Position numbers and translations under genes: made by a program. Positions 35,956-45,168 of a DNA stretch of 64,000 nt are shown piece by piece (position 1 is the first letter of the stretch; every line of letters begins with the position of its first letter). The notes under the pieces are model-generated. The model had not been told where the DNA came from, ran no database searches, and worked only from the letters and a program-made list of their open reading frames with translations. The DNA is taken from NCBI GenBank assembly GCA_965222605.1, contig OZ244960.1:1568001-1632000 (forward strand). The letters run 5' to 3'. Source of the stretch: Candidatus Latescibacterota bacterium. GTDB lineage: Bacteria > Latescibacterota > UBA2968.

Positions 35956-38169
35956 TTATACATAAATTGCATTAACGAGTTGATCAATTATGCTCAATGG
36001 TCCATCAGGTCTGCCGGCATTCCGCGCAAGGCTGGCAAATTCCTGTACCCTTAAGAGTTCCGAGCGAATAAGATTACGGGCTTCATCGTCGATATTATCT
36101 AAGTCAGGCGGCAATGCGATAAAGTCGTGAATTTCGCTATGCGTCTTGCCAGTCTCGCTACATGTGCGGAGAAGCCTACCACGACGCTGTATCCACTGCC
36201 GTTCCACGGTGGTGCTTGCAAGGATAAAGGCTTTTTTGATCTGAGGAATGTTTACTCCCTCATCAAGCACGCGCTTCGCAGTGAGAAAGCGGTATATTCC
36301 TTCTTGAAAGGACTGGATAATTTGCGCTGTCTTTTCACGATTTGCTGTCTCTTCATGTGTGATTTGATGAAAGAGTATCCCATGTGCTTTCAACAACGCA
36401 TTAACAGCTTCAAGTTGTTGAGGAGCTTTGTCCGAAGCATAAATCAACGTGTGGCAAAGTGTCCGAAGGTCTTCTCGTTGCAGAGCCGCTTCTAAGACTT
36501 CAATCTTGTTTTCAGCGTTTTCTAAAAGTGCCCGTCGATCCCTTAATAGCTTCGTGAGATACTCATTTGGTTCCCCGTTCTCCTGACGCCAAGCAATCGC
36601 CTTAATCTTCGCTGTGAGATCATACCATTCGTCCATTTCATACTGTGTGAGTTCTACCGGATGGACGTAGTAATCGTATTCAACTAAGCAGCGTCCAATC
36701 GCCTCGTTGAGCGTGAACTGGAAGACAACCGGGCCAAAAAATGAAAACAGACCTTCTGTCCCTTCGTCGTCGTATTGACGAATAGGTGTTGCCGACAGCC
36801 CGAGCCTATAATCAAAGAAAGAGGGTGGATCGCTAATAAATCCCTCGCTTCCCAGATTGTGGGCCTCATCGGCGATGAGCAATGTTGTACAATCAAATTT
36901 CTCAACTTCAGCCTTAAACTCGCTACTGCAAAGAGTGCTATGAGAAACAACAACGGCTCCAACATCAATTGTTTTATTACGAAATCGCCGTTTGATCCTA
37001 TTAAGCTCACGCGCCCGTCCGCGGACTCCGCCAGCCGTGGTCAGATTAACTGGCTTCAGTCCAAAGGGCATGATCTCATCACACCATTGTTGGATCAGGG
37101 GGACGTAAGGCGCAGCAACGACAATCAACAGTGGTTTGTGAGCTTCATAAAGTCTATACGCACAAATCATGGCCGTGATTGTCTTGCCAGACCCAGTAGC
37201 CATTTCCAAGACACCCTGATAATCGGCTTCACACCAAGCATTCACAGCTCTGCCTTGATGTTCAAACGGCCCGTCCTCGAATCGAAGTTTTTCCGGTATG
37301 GCAAACAAATCGTACGAAATTGGGGGTAACTCGTAAGGTTCAAGAGGTTTTTCCGCAACTCTGGTTGCACGGCGATAGATTGCCTGTAAATCCGCTTCTG
37401 TTGGGGAAGTACCGGACTGGTAGGCCTGCAATAGCCTTTCCTGAATGGCCTGCGGCATTCCAACTACGACGCAACTATTATCCTTGTTCTCCCAAAGGCG
37501 TGCAAACTGGTCGCAAAATTTTTCTGTAGTGTAGCGTTGGTTGGGATCTTCCCAAGATTTAGAAACGGCAACCTGCTCTATGTTTTTCCAAATACCGGCA
37601 TGAGTTACATTACTCGATCCATGCGCTGCCAGCACATCATCGTCTCTATGAAAGAGCCAAACCTTAGGATGAAAAAGAGCGTCTTTCATCAGCGCGATCT
37701 TAATTTCGATACGGCCTGTACGCAACAACCATGCAAGACATTTTAGCGTGTGTTCCTCAATCAGGTCTTCAGTAACAACGATCTCTTTCATCGCAGCATA
37801 GGCGATATCTTCTGGTAAACTCACACCTTCTTCGATTGCAGTCCTATCTTCGTCGCGGAGAAAAGGACTGATGATTAGGCGAAAACTTTCTTGTGAGCAA
37901 TTTATAAAAGTAGCGAGACCTGGAGCTAAAGACACCAAGACCTCGCTGGAAAAGAAGCCTGCCATGCAATCAACTTGGTCGGCTATCTGAAAACCTGGTA
38001 TGAGCACCTCTTCAGCCAATGGATCCTCAGGCAACATGTAAAGTGGCTTGATATCAGATGCTGACCGAAGATTCTGGACAACTGAGCTACTAGCGGGCTT
38101 TCGCCCAGAGCCAACTTTTCTCACTTCCAGATTTCGCAAATCATATTCTGGCCGAAGTTCGTCCTGCAT
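35956..38169 (-). CDS. PLD nuclease-SF2 helicase (PbeA-like / phosphorothioation-associated restriction helicase)
   Basis: PLD FHPKVWLF...HGSSN; helicase motifs MATGSGKT, IADEAH, LGLSATP, LDEGVNIP and QRRGRLLR. Confidence 0.88.
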   Translation of the reverse strand: MQDELRPEYDLRNLEVRKVGSGRKPASSSVVQNLRSASDIKPLYMLPEDPLAEEVLIPGFQIADQVDCMAGFFSSEVLVSLAPGLATFINCSQESFRLIISPFLRDEDRTAIEEGVSLPEDIAYAAMKEIVVTEDLIEEHTLKCLAWLLRTGRIEIKIALMKDALFHPKVWLFHRDDDVLAAHGSSNVTHAGIWKNIEQVAVSKSWEDPNQRYTTEKFCDQFARLWENKDNSCVVVGMPQAIQERLLQAYQSGTSPTEADLQAIYRRATRVAEKPLEPYELPPISYDLFAIPEKLRFEDGPFEHQGRAVNAWCEADYQGVLEMATGSGKTITAMICAYRLYEAHKPLLIVVAAPYVPLIQQWCDEIMPFGLKPVNLTTAGGVRGRARELNRIKRRFRNKTIDVGAVVVSHSTLCSSEFKAEVEKFDCTTLLIADEAHNLGSEGFISDPPSFFDYRLGLSATPIRQYDDEGTEGLFSFFGPVVFQFTLNEAIGRCLVEYDYYVHPVELTQYEMDEWYDLTAKIKAIAWRQENGEPNEYLTKLLRDRRALLENAENKIEVLEAALQREDLRTLCHTLIYASDKAPQQLEAVNALLKAHGILFHQITHEETANREKTAQIIQSFQEGIYRFLTAKRVLDEGVNIPQIKKAFILASTTVERQWIQRRGRLLRTCSETGKTHSEIHDFIALPPDLDNIDDEARNLIRSELLRVQEFASLARNAGRPDGPLSIIDQLVNAIYV

Positions 38170-38213
38170 TATTGTTTTATCCTTACACTCTGCCTATGTG
38201 CGTACATAACTGA

Positions 38214-39020
38214 CTACAAATGACAAATCGCACACCCCTCAGTCTCATCAATCACGGGCAAGTCTCTGAGGGGTTGATCTGCAATGTCGTCTAAGGTTTT
38301 ACCATCCACCCAGGTAAATTTCTTCCCATTCTTCATCTGCTCGTACTCCTTTGCTTTCTCAAACAAATCGGGATGTTCTTGTTTTAACCTCTGCCACTCC
38401 CCAATCTGCTGATAAAAACAGAAGTAGCACCCTGACCGAGACCGCCACTTGTAATACTCAGGCAGTCCCAAACCCGATTCTTCCAAAATTTGCACAATAT
38501 CCGACAGGCCAAGCCCATCGTCCTTAAACGGATAAACGGGAATAATATTGGGCTGTTGAGAAATCGAGGGTGGTTTTTTTGAGATGTACCCATCCCTGTC
38601 TTCATCGCCGCGGATGCCAATATAGCTATACGCCCGGCTATCGCCAACGTAATCTTCAAAAGGTTCAATCTTCAACACGCGCGTACACCACCGCGATCTC
38701 GGGCTGGGCAAATAGCCGCTGTATATCTCATTTAAATACATATCAAAAGGATTACGCCCGGGCTTCTTCTCCACCCCCAAACTGTCGAGCGCGTTTAGAC
38801 GGCGAATATCGACGCCAAGCAGAGCCTCTAAGCACTCCAAATACTCGTACGTTTCATCTAATTCACATCCGGTATCACAAAAAACATACTCCGCAGGGAT
38901 TTGGGGATAATTCTGCCGCATATAAATGGCGAGAGCCGCGGAATCTTTACCCCCTGAAACACTGACGATATGCCGGATGTCATCAGACAGATTGTTCAAC
39001 GCCTCTTGTATGGTTGCCAT
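38214..39020 (-). CDS. sspD: PAPS-reductase family protein, SspD-like phosphorothioation enzyme
   Basis: PP-loop SVSGGKDS, CDTGCE, RWCTRVLK, GIRGDE, SRSGCYFC and C-terminal CAICHL; located after SspB/SspC. Confidence 0.82.
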   Translation of the reverse strand: MATIQEALNNLSDDIRHIVSVSGGKDSAALAIYMRQNYPQIPAEYVFCDTGCELDETYEYLECLEALLGVDIRRLNALDSLGVEKKPGRNPFDMYLNEIYSGYLPSPRSRWCTRVLKIEPFEDYVGDSRAYSYIGIRGDEDRDGYISKKPPSISQQPNIIPVYPFKDDGLGLSDIVQILEESGLGLPEYYKWRSRSGCYFCFYQQIGEWQRLKQEHPDLFEKAKEYEQMKNGKKFTWVDGKTLDDIADQPLRDLPVIDETEGCAICHL

Positions 39021-42000
39021 GTAAATCCTCTCCAGTGTTGTCTTCAAGAATATGTGCAAACAACTCACGCGCTTCTTTCGGGCCAACAATATCTGTCAAA
39101 CGTTCATACATTATATTCATACGTTCTTGCACCAAATTTGCCAAACCATTTTTGACTGCTCCACTTACCTTAAACTCAAATGACAAAGCGGATTCCTCAA
39201 TACGTCTCACTGCACTGTGAATTTCCCGATCAAAATTTGCGATGCAGCTATCATCCCATCGGTTAATCGTCTTTTGTAGGAATAAACCCGAAAGCGAATC
39301 AATAAGTTTGGCATCAGATGGATACGGCATAAGCATACGGGACAGAAGACCTTTAGACTCATTATCACTTAGCGCATCAGATAGTTCATCGGGAAAACAC
39401 AATGCCCAGCGACGGGCTATTTCCTTTACCTGTCCATTTTCAGATTTCCAGTTCAAGGATAGCGCACGGCGCAAAGAAGAAATCGCTTTTAGCTGATAAC
39501 TATCAATGACTTCAGAGAGTTCATCTTTGCATTTTTCGAGTGACTCCAACAATACATGTTGCTCATGAATCGAGCAGTCCAATGCTCTTGGAATGCGCTC
39601 AAATAGCAGTTGCACCGGATCAGACGATTGACGAATTACTGTTTGGAAGCGACGGGTTCGCTGTGTCAAATATCTTGTTGAAAGTGCACCAGCAGGAAGC
39701 CCCATCTTCCAGTTTTCAAGCGCGTCATAGCAGGCCCGAATAAGATCATTTCCAGTTGTTGACCTTGCTTGAGAGCCAAAGAGTTCGTGAACAGCGTTGA
39801 GATAATCAAGTTTTGTCTGATCAAGGTCTAAGACAATAAATTCATATTTCTCCGGTTCACGACATAACTGCTCAATCTCAGAAGGCAAAATATCAGATAC
39901 GTAACCTCCCCCCTTATAGCGTAGCAAATACACACTGGGAAACGCTTTGAGACCTGCGGCGAAGAGAATAGGGAGCAAACCAGCGCGAACCCCGAAAGGT
40001 GGTTTCATCAGTTCATCAAAGAGATCTGGGATATCCTTGGGCTTTTCCGATGAATCTGTGAAAAACTGCTGAATCTTGCTCCATACCTTTTGAAGTCCAG
40101 GGTCCTTAACCTGATCGGGTAAAGCGTATTTCCAACCTTCACCCTTATCAGTGTAATATAGACCTGTATGAAAGAGAATGGTTCGGAACATGGACGCTTC
40201 CGGGGGATTGCCTTCTATACCTAGCATCTCCTGACCTGAACGCTCAAGAATACCGAGCAAGAGCTTCTTACGCGAATTGACCAAAGTAGGAGTAGGCTTG
40301 TGCCGAACAATCATCTCGTTATTGATCTTGGGAGTATAGAGAAAAATTCTCTGCATGATCTTGGACAACTCGTTCCGCAAATCATAAGCATTTTTAACTT
40401 GTAACTCACTTCCCTTATAAAACCAGCGTGGCCCTTCACTACCCGGCAGGATCAACCGATCAAGGAGCTTTTGAAGATGGCTACGGGCATCATCTGTCAT
40501 CTGTTGAATTTCAGACAACACCATCGGATCTGATCCCACCAGCTTATCATCTCCTTGCATCTGAGTTAAACACCATACTTCCAAAGCTGCCTCAAACAGA
40601 GGAACGGGTGCCCTGGGCATCGCAAGAATAACCCGTTCATCATGCAGGTAATTGGCAGCAACTCGCTCTGCTTCCTGAAGCTCCTCCATTGTCTCGGCAA
40701 TCACATATATAATTTTGCCATCACATCCAACAGGTACGTCTAAGCATTCGTCCAGTTTTTCCAGACTCCAATACTCTCCCTGTAGAAAACGTCTGATATG
40801 GAAATCACTATTATATCTGACCGGCCGCCAGACAGGGGGATTGGCCTCATCTATCAAAAAAGTAATAAAATCAAATGTTCTCCGCTGCCGTGACTTCTCT
40901 TCTTCAAGCCTGCCCCGAAGATCGGCATCCGTCCCATGCCAAACAGAAACCTCATCACTGTGTTTTCTGTGTAAAAGGAGCTTCTTGTCTATGAGTTGAT
41001 CAACAACCTCTTCTCCCTCCTGTGATCCATTACTGACTACCCCAGCACCTGCATAGCCGCGCAGGGCAAATAGCAGCAAATCGCGGGACGTGCGGGACCG
41101 CTCGCCATTTACGCCAAAACCCAGCAGACTTGCAGTTCTCAGTGCCGTTGCCGCCAAGTCATCATCGTCGAGCTTTGAGAGAGCATTCTGTGTTTCAAGC
41201 CATTGTCTATATGTTCCGCCTACAGCCGTATCTGTACGCATCTCTGGTGAAAAGTATTCGTAGAGATGATCCGGCTTAACATGATTTTGAAAGTCTATAA
41301 AATTGAGAAAACTGAACAGCGTCCTTTCATTTTGCGCGACCCGACCAGAAATGCGTGGTAACAAGTACAAAGTGGTGGGTTCCAGGGGATATGCACGGCG
41401 CAAGAGCGACTGGAGTTCCGATACAGTAAAGTCGGAAAACAGCCCAAGTTGCTTGCACTCTAATGCAGAAGATTTTACTTGTTCATCAGGCAAGATATTA
41501 GAGCAATTCTGTTCGGAAACCACTTCTGATAGCAAGCGGTATATTTCCTTGCTATCGTCGATATACTGAACGGTTTGGAAGCGACCCTCAATTTTTCTCC
41601 ATTCTGCACGAACCGAAGCAGGTGAGTTGCTCACATATTGCAACAACTCCTGATGCAACAACAATCCGAGCGTTACGGGAATGGCCTTAGACCGACTCAC
41701 ACTCTCAGCTAACAATTGAATTTCACTCAAAGCAGCAGAACGCCCCTCGGCAATTAAAGACTCAATATGGCGTCCAAACTCATCCCACAAAATCACAACT
41801 CGGTCACAGCCCGCCGCACGCGCCTTATCCCGAACCGCGCCGAGCAATTCTATTGCCTGATCAATCGTCTCACACTGCATGGATTCAATTGTACGCGCTT
41901 GACGACCCAGCTTGATACGCCCCATCCCTTTGAGCGCGGCATCTTTTAGACTCTCGCCCAAATTTTGACAATAACCCTGCAATGCCAGCACAAGCCCTTT

Positions 42001-42336
42001 GCTTTTCTCGCTACGACGTTCTTTAGAAAACTTGCTCAAATCTGGGCTAACTGCTTCCAGCTTGTCTTCAACGACAGATAGTGTTTCATCGGCATCAGGG
42101 CGATTCTCAACCAAATGCAACAAATAGGTCGCTGTAATTGATTTCCCTGTTCCATAGGGCGCAACAACAAAAAACGCCCTGTCTTGTTCAGAACCGAGCA
42201 GGGATTTTATGAGAGGGACACTCTTGGCCGTGGGCTGGTAGTGTGCAATCCGATTCGGATATTCTGCATCGTATTGTATGTTAATAGAACGAAGAAATAC
42301 TTCCGCATCGAACTCGACTGTTTTCTCAAGCTGCAT
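38983..42336 (-). CDS. sspC: Large P-loop ATPase, SspC-like
   Basis: FLRSINIQYD, Walker A APYGTGKS, Walker B ILWDEFGR, EWRKIEGRF, QNERTLFSFL and PPFGVRAG; lies between DUF4007 and the PAPS reductase. Confidence 0.8.
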   Translation of the reverse strand: MQLEKTVEFDAEVFLRSINIQYDAEYPNRIAHYQPTAKSVPLIKSLLGSEQDRAFFVVAPYGTGKSITATYLLHLVENRPDADETLSVVEDKLEAVSPDLSKFSKERRSEKSKGLVLALQGYCQNLGESLKDAALKGMGRIKLGRQARTIESMQCETIDQAIELLGAVRDKARAAGCDRVVILWDEFGRHIESLIAEGRSAALSEIQLLAESVSRSKAIPVTLGLLLHQELLQYVSNSPASVRAEWRKIEGRFQTVQYIDDSKEIYRLLSEVVSEQNCSNILPDEQVKSSALECKQLGLFSDFTVSELQSLLRRAYPLEPTTLYLLPRISGRVAQNERTLFSFLNFIDFQNHVKPDHLYEYFSPEMRTDTAVGGTYRQWLETQNALSKLDDDDLAATALRTASLLGFGVNGERSRTSRDLLLFALRGYAGAGVVSNGSQEGEEVVDQLIDKKLLLHRKHSDEVSVWHGTDADLRGRLEEEKSRQRRTFDFITFLIDEANPPVWRPVRYNSDFHIRRFLQGEYWSLEKLDECLDVPVGCDGKIIYVIAETMEELQEAERVAANYLHDERVILAMPRAPVPLFEAALEVWCLTQMQGDDKLVGSDPMVLSEIQQMTDDARSHLQKLLDRLILPGSEGPRWFYKGSELQVKNAYDLRNELSKIMQRIFLYTPKINNEMIVRHKPTPTLVNSRKKLLLGILERSGQEMLGIEGNPPEASMFRTILFHTGLYYTDKGEGWKYALPDQVKDPGLQKVWSKIQQFFTDSSEKPKDIPDLFDELMKPPFGVRAGLLPILFAAGLKAFPSVYLLRYKGGGYVSDILPSEIEQLCREPEKYEFIVLDLDQTKLDYLNAVHELFGSQARSTTGNDLIRACYDALENWKMGLPAGALSTRYLTQRTRRFQTVIRQSSDPVQLLFERIPRALDCSIHEQHVLLESLEKCKDELSEVIDSYQLKAISSLRRALSLNWKSENGQVKEIARRWALCFPDELSDALSDNESKGLLSRMLMPYPSDAKLIDSLSGLFLQKTINRWDDSCIANFDREIHSAVRRIEESALSFEFKVSGAVKNGLANLVQERMNIMYERLTDIVGPKEARELFAHILEDNTGEDLHGNHTRGVEQSV

Positions 42337-43240
42337 GCTGATCTCTCCATTGGATCATGTCGTAGTGATTTCTCAGCCAATCAACGGGTTGCATTCGCTG
42401 AATGCGTATTCTTCTGTCTCCTGCGAGACCGTCCACCTGGATGTTCTTATTTAGGTCCACTTCTTCGGCCTGAAGGGCAAGCGATAATAGGGATTCACTC
42501 GTCAATACAAATGCCTTGCCTGGACCGCTCGGGCACGTTACCGCCTCTCTCAAGGATATAGGGAATGTATCTTTTCCTGTCCTGGCCTCCTCAAATACCA
42601 TAGAGAGAGCATAGCCCAATAGATGAATGGGAATCTCCTTCTCCCCTTGATGTACTTGATAATATCCTGATGTGCGAAAATTGCTCAATAACCCCAATTC
42701 GACGAATGGACACTCAAGCGCATCTTCCGGATCTTTGTTCTCTGTTGGAATAACTCTGGCATAGCTCTGCAATAGGCAAGCAACATCTCGATCAATGGTA
42801 TTTTCACTGGGTGGTCGAGATCGTAAGTTATCTACATCGCGCATTAGACGATCTATGCACATAGACCTTTCAAATCGGGAGTGAGTAAAAGTATTGAAGA
42901 ACCATTTCCATGTATATACCCGCGTTTGGGGGGCAACCAGATTAACGTGCAAAGCCCACCATGTCCCAATATCAATAAAATAAAGGTCTCGCTCATAAAT
43001 AAGACTGCCAAGTTTCGTTTCTTTTAACCGAGGCTGACGCCCTTTGCCTTTCACGCGCTGGGCCAATCCCGTTACCTCCAGCCAGTGACGAATAGAACGA
43101 GACATATTTTTTCCAACACCGAGCCAATCCGCAACATATTCATGATATAGCAACTCGGGATCCTCAATGAGCAGCTTGAGACCTTTGTAAAGCCATCCCT
43201 CTCGAATTGCAAAAGTTTCATGTCCACTAAATTTCATCAT
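42326..43240 (-). CDS. sspB: DUF4007 family protein, SspB-like
   Basis: Motifs FSGHETFAIREGWLYKG, LGVGKNMSRSIRHW and PFVELGLL. Confidence 0.88.
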   Translation of the reverse strand: MMKFSGHETFAIREGWLYKGLKLLIEDPELLYHEYVADWLGVGKNMSRSIRHWLEVTGLAQRVKGKGRQPRLKETKLGSLIYERDLYFIDIGTWWALHVNLVAPQTRVYTWKWFFNTFTHSRFERSMCIDRLMRDVDNLRSRPPSENTIDRDVACLLQSYARVIPTENKDPEDALECPFVELGLLSNFRTSGYYQVHQGEKEIPIHLLGYALSMVFEEARTGKDTFPISLREAVTCPSGPGKAFVLTSESLLSLALQAEEVDLNKNIQVDGLAGDRRIRIQRMQPVDWLRNHYDMIQWRDQHAA

Positions 43241-44445
43241 TTCACCTCTGTCAAACTTGTATTGACATGGTTAAAGTCAATAAGCGACAACCGCCGCCGA
43301 CTGAACCTCCGCAATTGTTCACACAACCGCGCCAGATGTACAACAGTCTCATCGACATCTTCAATTGTATTGAACTCTGAAAAACTAAACCGGATACTCG
43401 CATACGCCTCGGACTCAGACAGACCCATAGCTCGTAACACATACGAAGGCTCGGGCCGCTGATTGGTGCATGCCGAACTCTGTGAACATCGAACCCCTTC
43501 TTGATCCAACCGTGCCACGAGTGCCTGACCATCCACATCTCGAAACATCAAATTCGTCGTATTGCAAACCCGCACATCGGGATCACCGTTAATCTCGACA
43601 TCGGGTATTTTAGTAATGACAGACTGCTCATAATCATCCCGAAGCGAAGCCATAAGCACCTGCACATCTTCTAACCGATCCAACCGCAACTTGGCCGCGG
43701 TACCCATTCCAATAATACCCGGCACATTCTCTGTCCCTGGCCGCAATCCGCCTTCTTGCGATCCACCCCAAAGCAAAGGCACCAACTCTTTGGACGACCT
43801 CACATAAAGTGCCCCAACGCCCTGTGGCCCGTGGAATTTGTGCGCGGTAAAAGTTAAAAAATCAACGGGCAATTCTGTTACAGAAATGGGCAGTTTTCCA
43901 ACAGCCTGCGCCGCATCAGTATGAAATAACACACCTCGGGATTGACAAAGCCGGGCAATCCGCTCAACGGGCAAAATCGCGCCTGTTTCATTATTCACCC
44001 ACTGCACAGAAACCAGATCAGTGTCTGGCGTAACAGCCTCATTCAGAGCTTTCCAATCCAACTGTCCGCAGCGATCCACTGGAACAGACACCACCTCAAC
44101 GCCTCTCGCACTGAGATAATCGTTCATCTTTACAATTGACGAGTGTTCTACAGTCGTCGTCACAATGCGAACCCGTTTTCCCGCTTGGGCGCGTTGAACA
44201 ACAGAATTAAAAACCGTATTATTCGCCTCAGTCCCACTCCCCATAAACACAATCTGATCCGACTCAGCCCCCACCAAATTCGCAACAGCTTCACGCGCTG
44301 CAACCATTTCTTCGCGCACCCGGTCACCAGCCGAATGTGCGCTCGACGGATTGCCAAAATCCTCGCCCAATACACGCATCATGGCCTCGCGCACCTCGGG
44401 CAAGGGTCGCGTCGTCGCATTATTGTCTAAATACACTTCTCGCAT
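43237..44445 (-). CDS. sspA: Cysteine desulfurase (SspA/DndA/IscS type)
   Basis: Motifs YLDNNATT, GNPSS, NNETG, HTDAAQ, AHKFHGPQG, GTEN and catalytic SSACT; coupled to sspB. Confidence 0.88.
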   Translation of the reverse strand: MREVYLDNNATTRPLPEVREAMMRVLGEDFGNPSSAHSAGDRVREEMVAAREAVANLVGAESDQIVFMGSGTEANNTVFNSVVQRAQAGKRVRIVTTTVEHSSIVKMNDYLSARGVEVVSVPVDRCGQLDWKALNEAVTPDTDLVSVQWVNNETGAILPVERIARLCQSRGVLFHTDAAQAVGKLPISVTELPVDFLTFTAHKFHGPQGVGALYVRSSKELVPLLWGGSQEGGLRPGTENVPGIIGMGTAAKLRLDRLEDVQVLMASLRDDYEQSVITKIPDVEINGDPDVRVCNTTNLMFRDVDGQALVARLDQEGVRCSQSSACTNQRPEPSYVLRAMGLSESEAYASIRFSFSEFNTIEDVDETVVHLARLCEQLRRFSRRRLSLIDFNHVNTSLTEVK

Positions 44446-44502
44446 GATCAACTCTCAACAATGGCAAAATTCGTACCTGGAATTAAAACTTTTGCTAAAT
44501 TT

Positions 44503-44599
44503 CTGGATTGCGGCTAAAACCATGCCGCAATGACAACCAAAACTACTGGATTACTGGCGTTGTGCTGTGCGTGACGACTAAAACCATGCCGCAATGACA
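44503..44599. repeat. Two REP-like units in the leader of the phosphorothioation operon
   Basis: Exact 22-bp repeat CTAAAACCATGCCGCAATGACA at 44514-44535 and 44578-44599; the first unit forms the hairpin TTGCGGC...GCCGCAA. Confidence 0.7.
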
Positions 44600-44653
44600 C
44601 CCCTCTGGCGAATGCTGGAGTCCGGTGGTTTAAGCCTCGCCTGACCAATAAAC

Positions 44654-44920
44654 TTATTTGAAAGACAAATCAGAGCGTTTATGGTTAAAAAGTTTCAACT
44701 GATTTGCATCGGATTGATCAATAGGTTCAATCCGATTGGCAAATTGACGAATCTCTTCGGCCTCAGCAGAAGTGAAGAGAACATGCTTATTACGATACCG
44801 ATGCCCAGCAGGGACTTTGCCTTCATTCCGCCACCGCCAGAGCGTTTGGCGCGACACATTCAAATCACCTATCACTTCAGTTGCTGAATAATAGGTGATA
44901 CTGTCAATCTGAATCGGCAT
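44654..44920 (-). CDS. MerR-like/excisionase-type HTH DNA-binding protein
   Basis: YSATEVIGDLNVSRQTLWRWRNEGKVP; TTGACG-17 bp-TAGCAT promoter-like sequence at 44981-45009 (minus strand). Confidence 0.8.
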   Translation of the reverse strand: MPIQIDSITYYSATEVIGDLNVSRQTLWRWRNEGKVPAGHRYRNKHVLFTSAEAEEIRQFANRIEPIDQSDANQLKLFNHKRSDLSFK

Positions 44921-45114
44921 ATTGACGTCTCGCAGTGTTTCAAATCGTTGCGTATGTCTCTGTATGTAACATGCGGTTCTATGCTAAGACTCAAACGTGC
45001 TGCCGTCAATAACAATTTGTATTGCTTAACTGCTCAAATGTTCACCAATCAATATACACAAGGGATTGAAATTCCGCAAGTTGACAGGCAGATCAATACA
45101 CGGCTACAAAAAAT

Positions 45115-45160
45115 AAAGCCCAATGGATAACTGATCCACCGGGCTTTTGTTTTTTTTATT
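45115..45160. terminator. Hairpin with T-tract at the island/permease boundary
   Basis: AAAGCCC..TGGAT...ATCCA..GGGCTTT followed by a long T run. Confidence 0.55.
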
Positions 45161-45168
45161 ATCCCAAT

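Noticed and set aside
33543-39020. Classical dndCD(E) modification cluster
   Set aside because: The PAPS reductase is short (268 aa) and coupled to SspB/SspC-like genes, and the SMC follows a PLD-helicase and small protein as in Pbe-type modules.
38214-43240. BREX type 4 (DUF4007/PAPS reductase + BrxC-like ATPase)
   Set aside because: No PglZ or BrxL gene is present; the order with a cysteine desulfurase matches sspABCD.
44514-44599. 22-bp direct repeat with a 42-bp spacer as a mini-CRISPR
   Set aside because: There are only two units and no cas genes or leader, and the unit is part of a REP-like hairpin.
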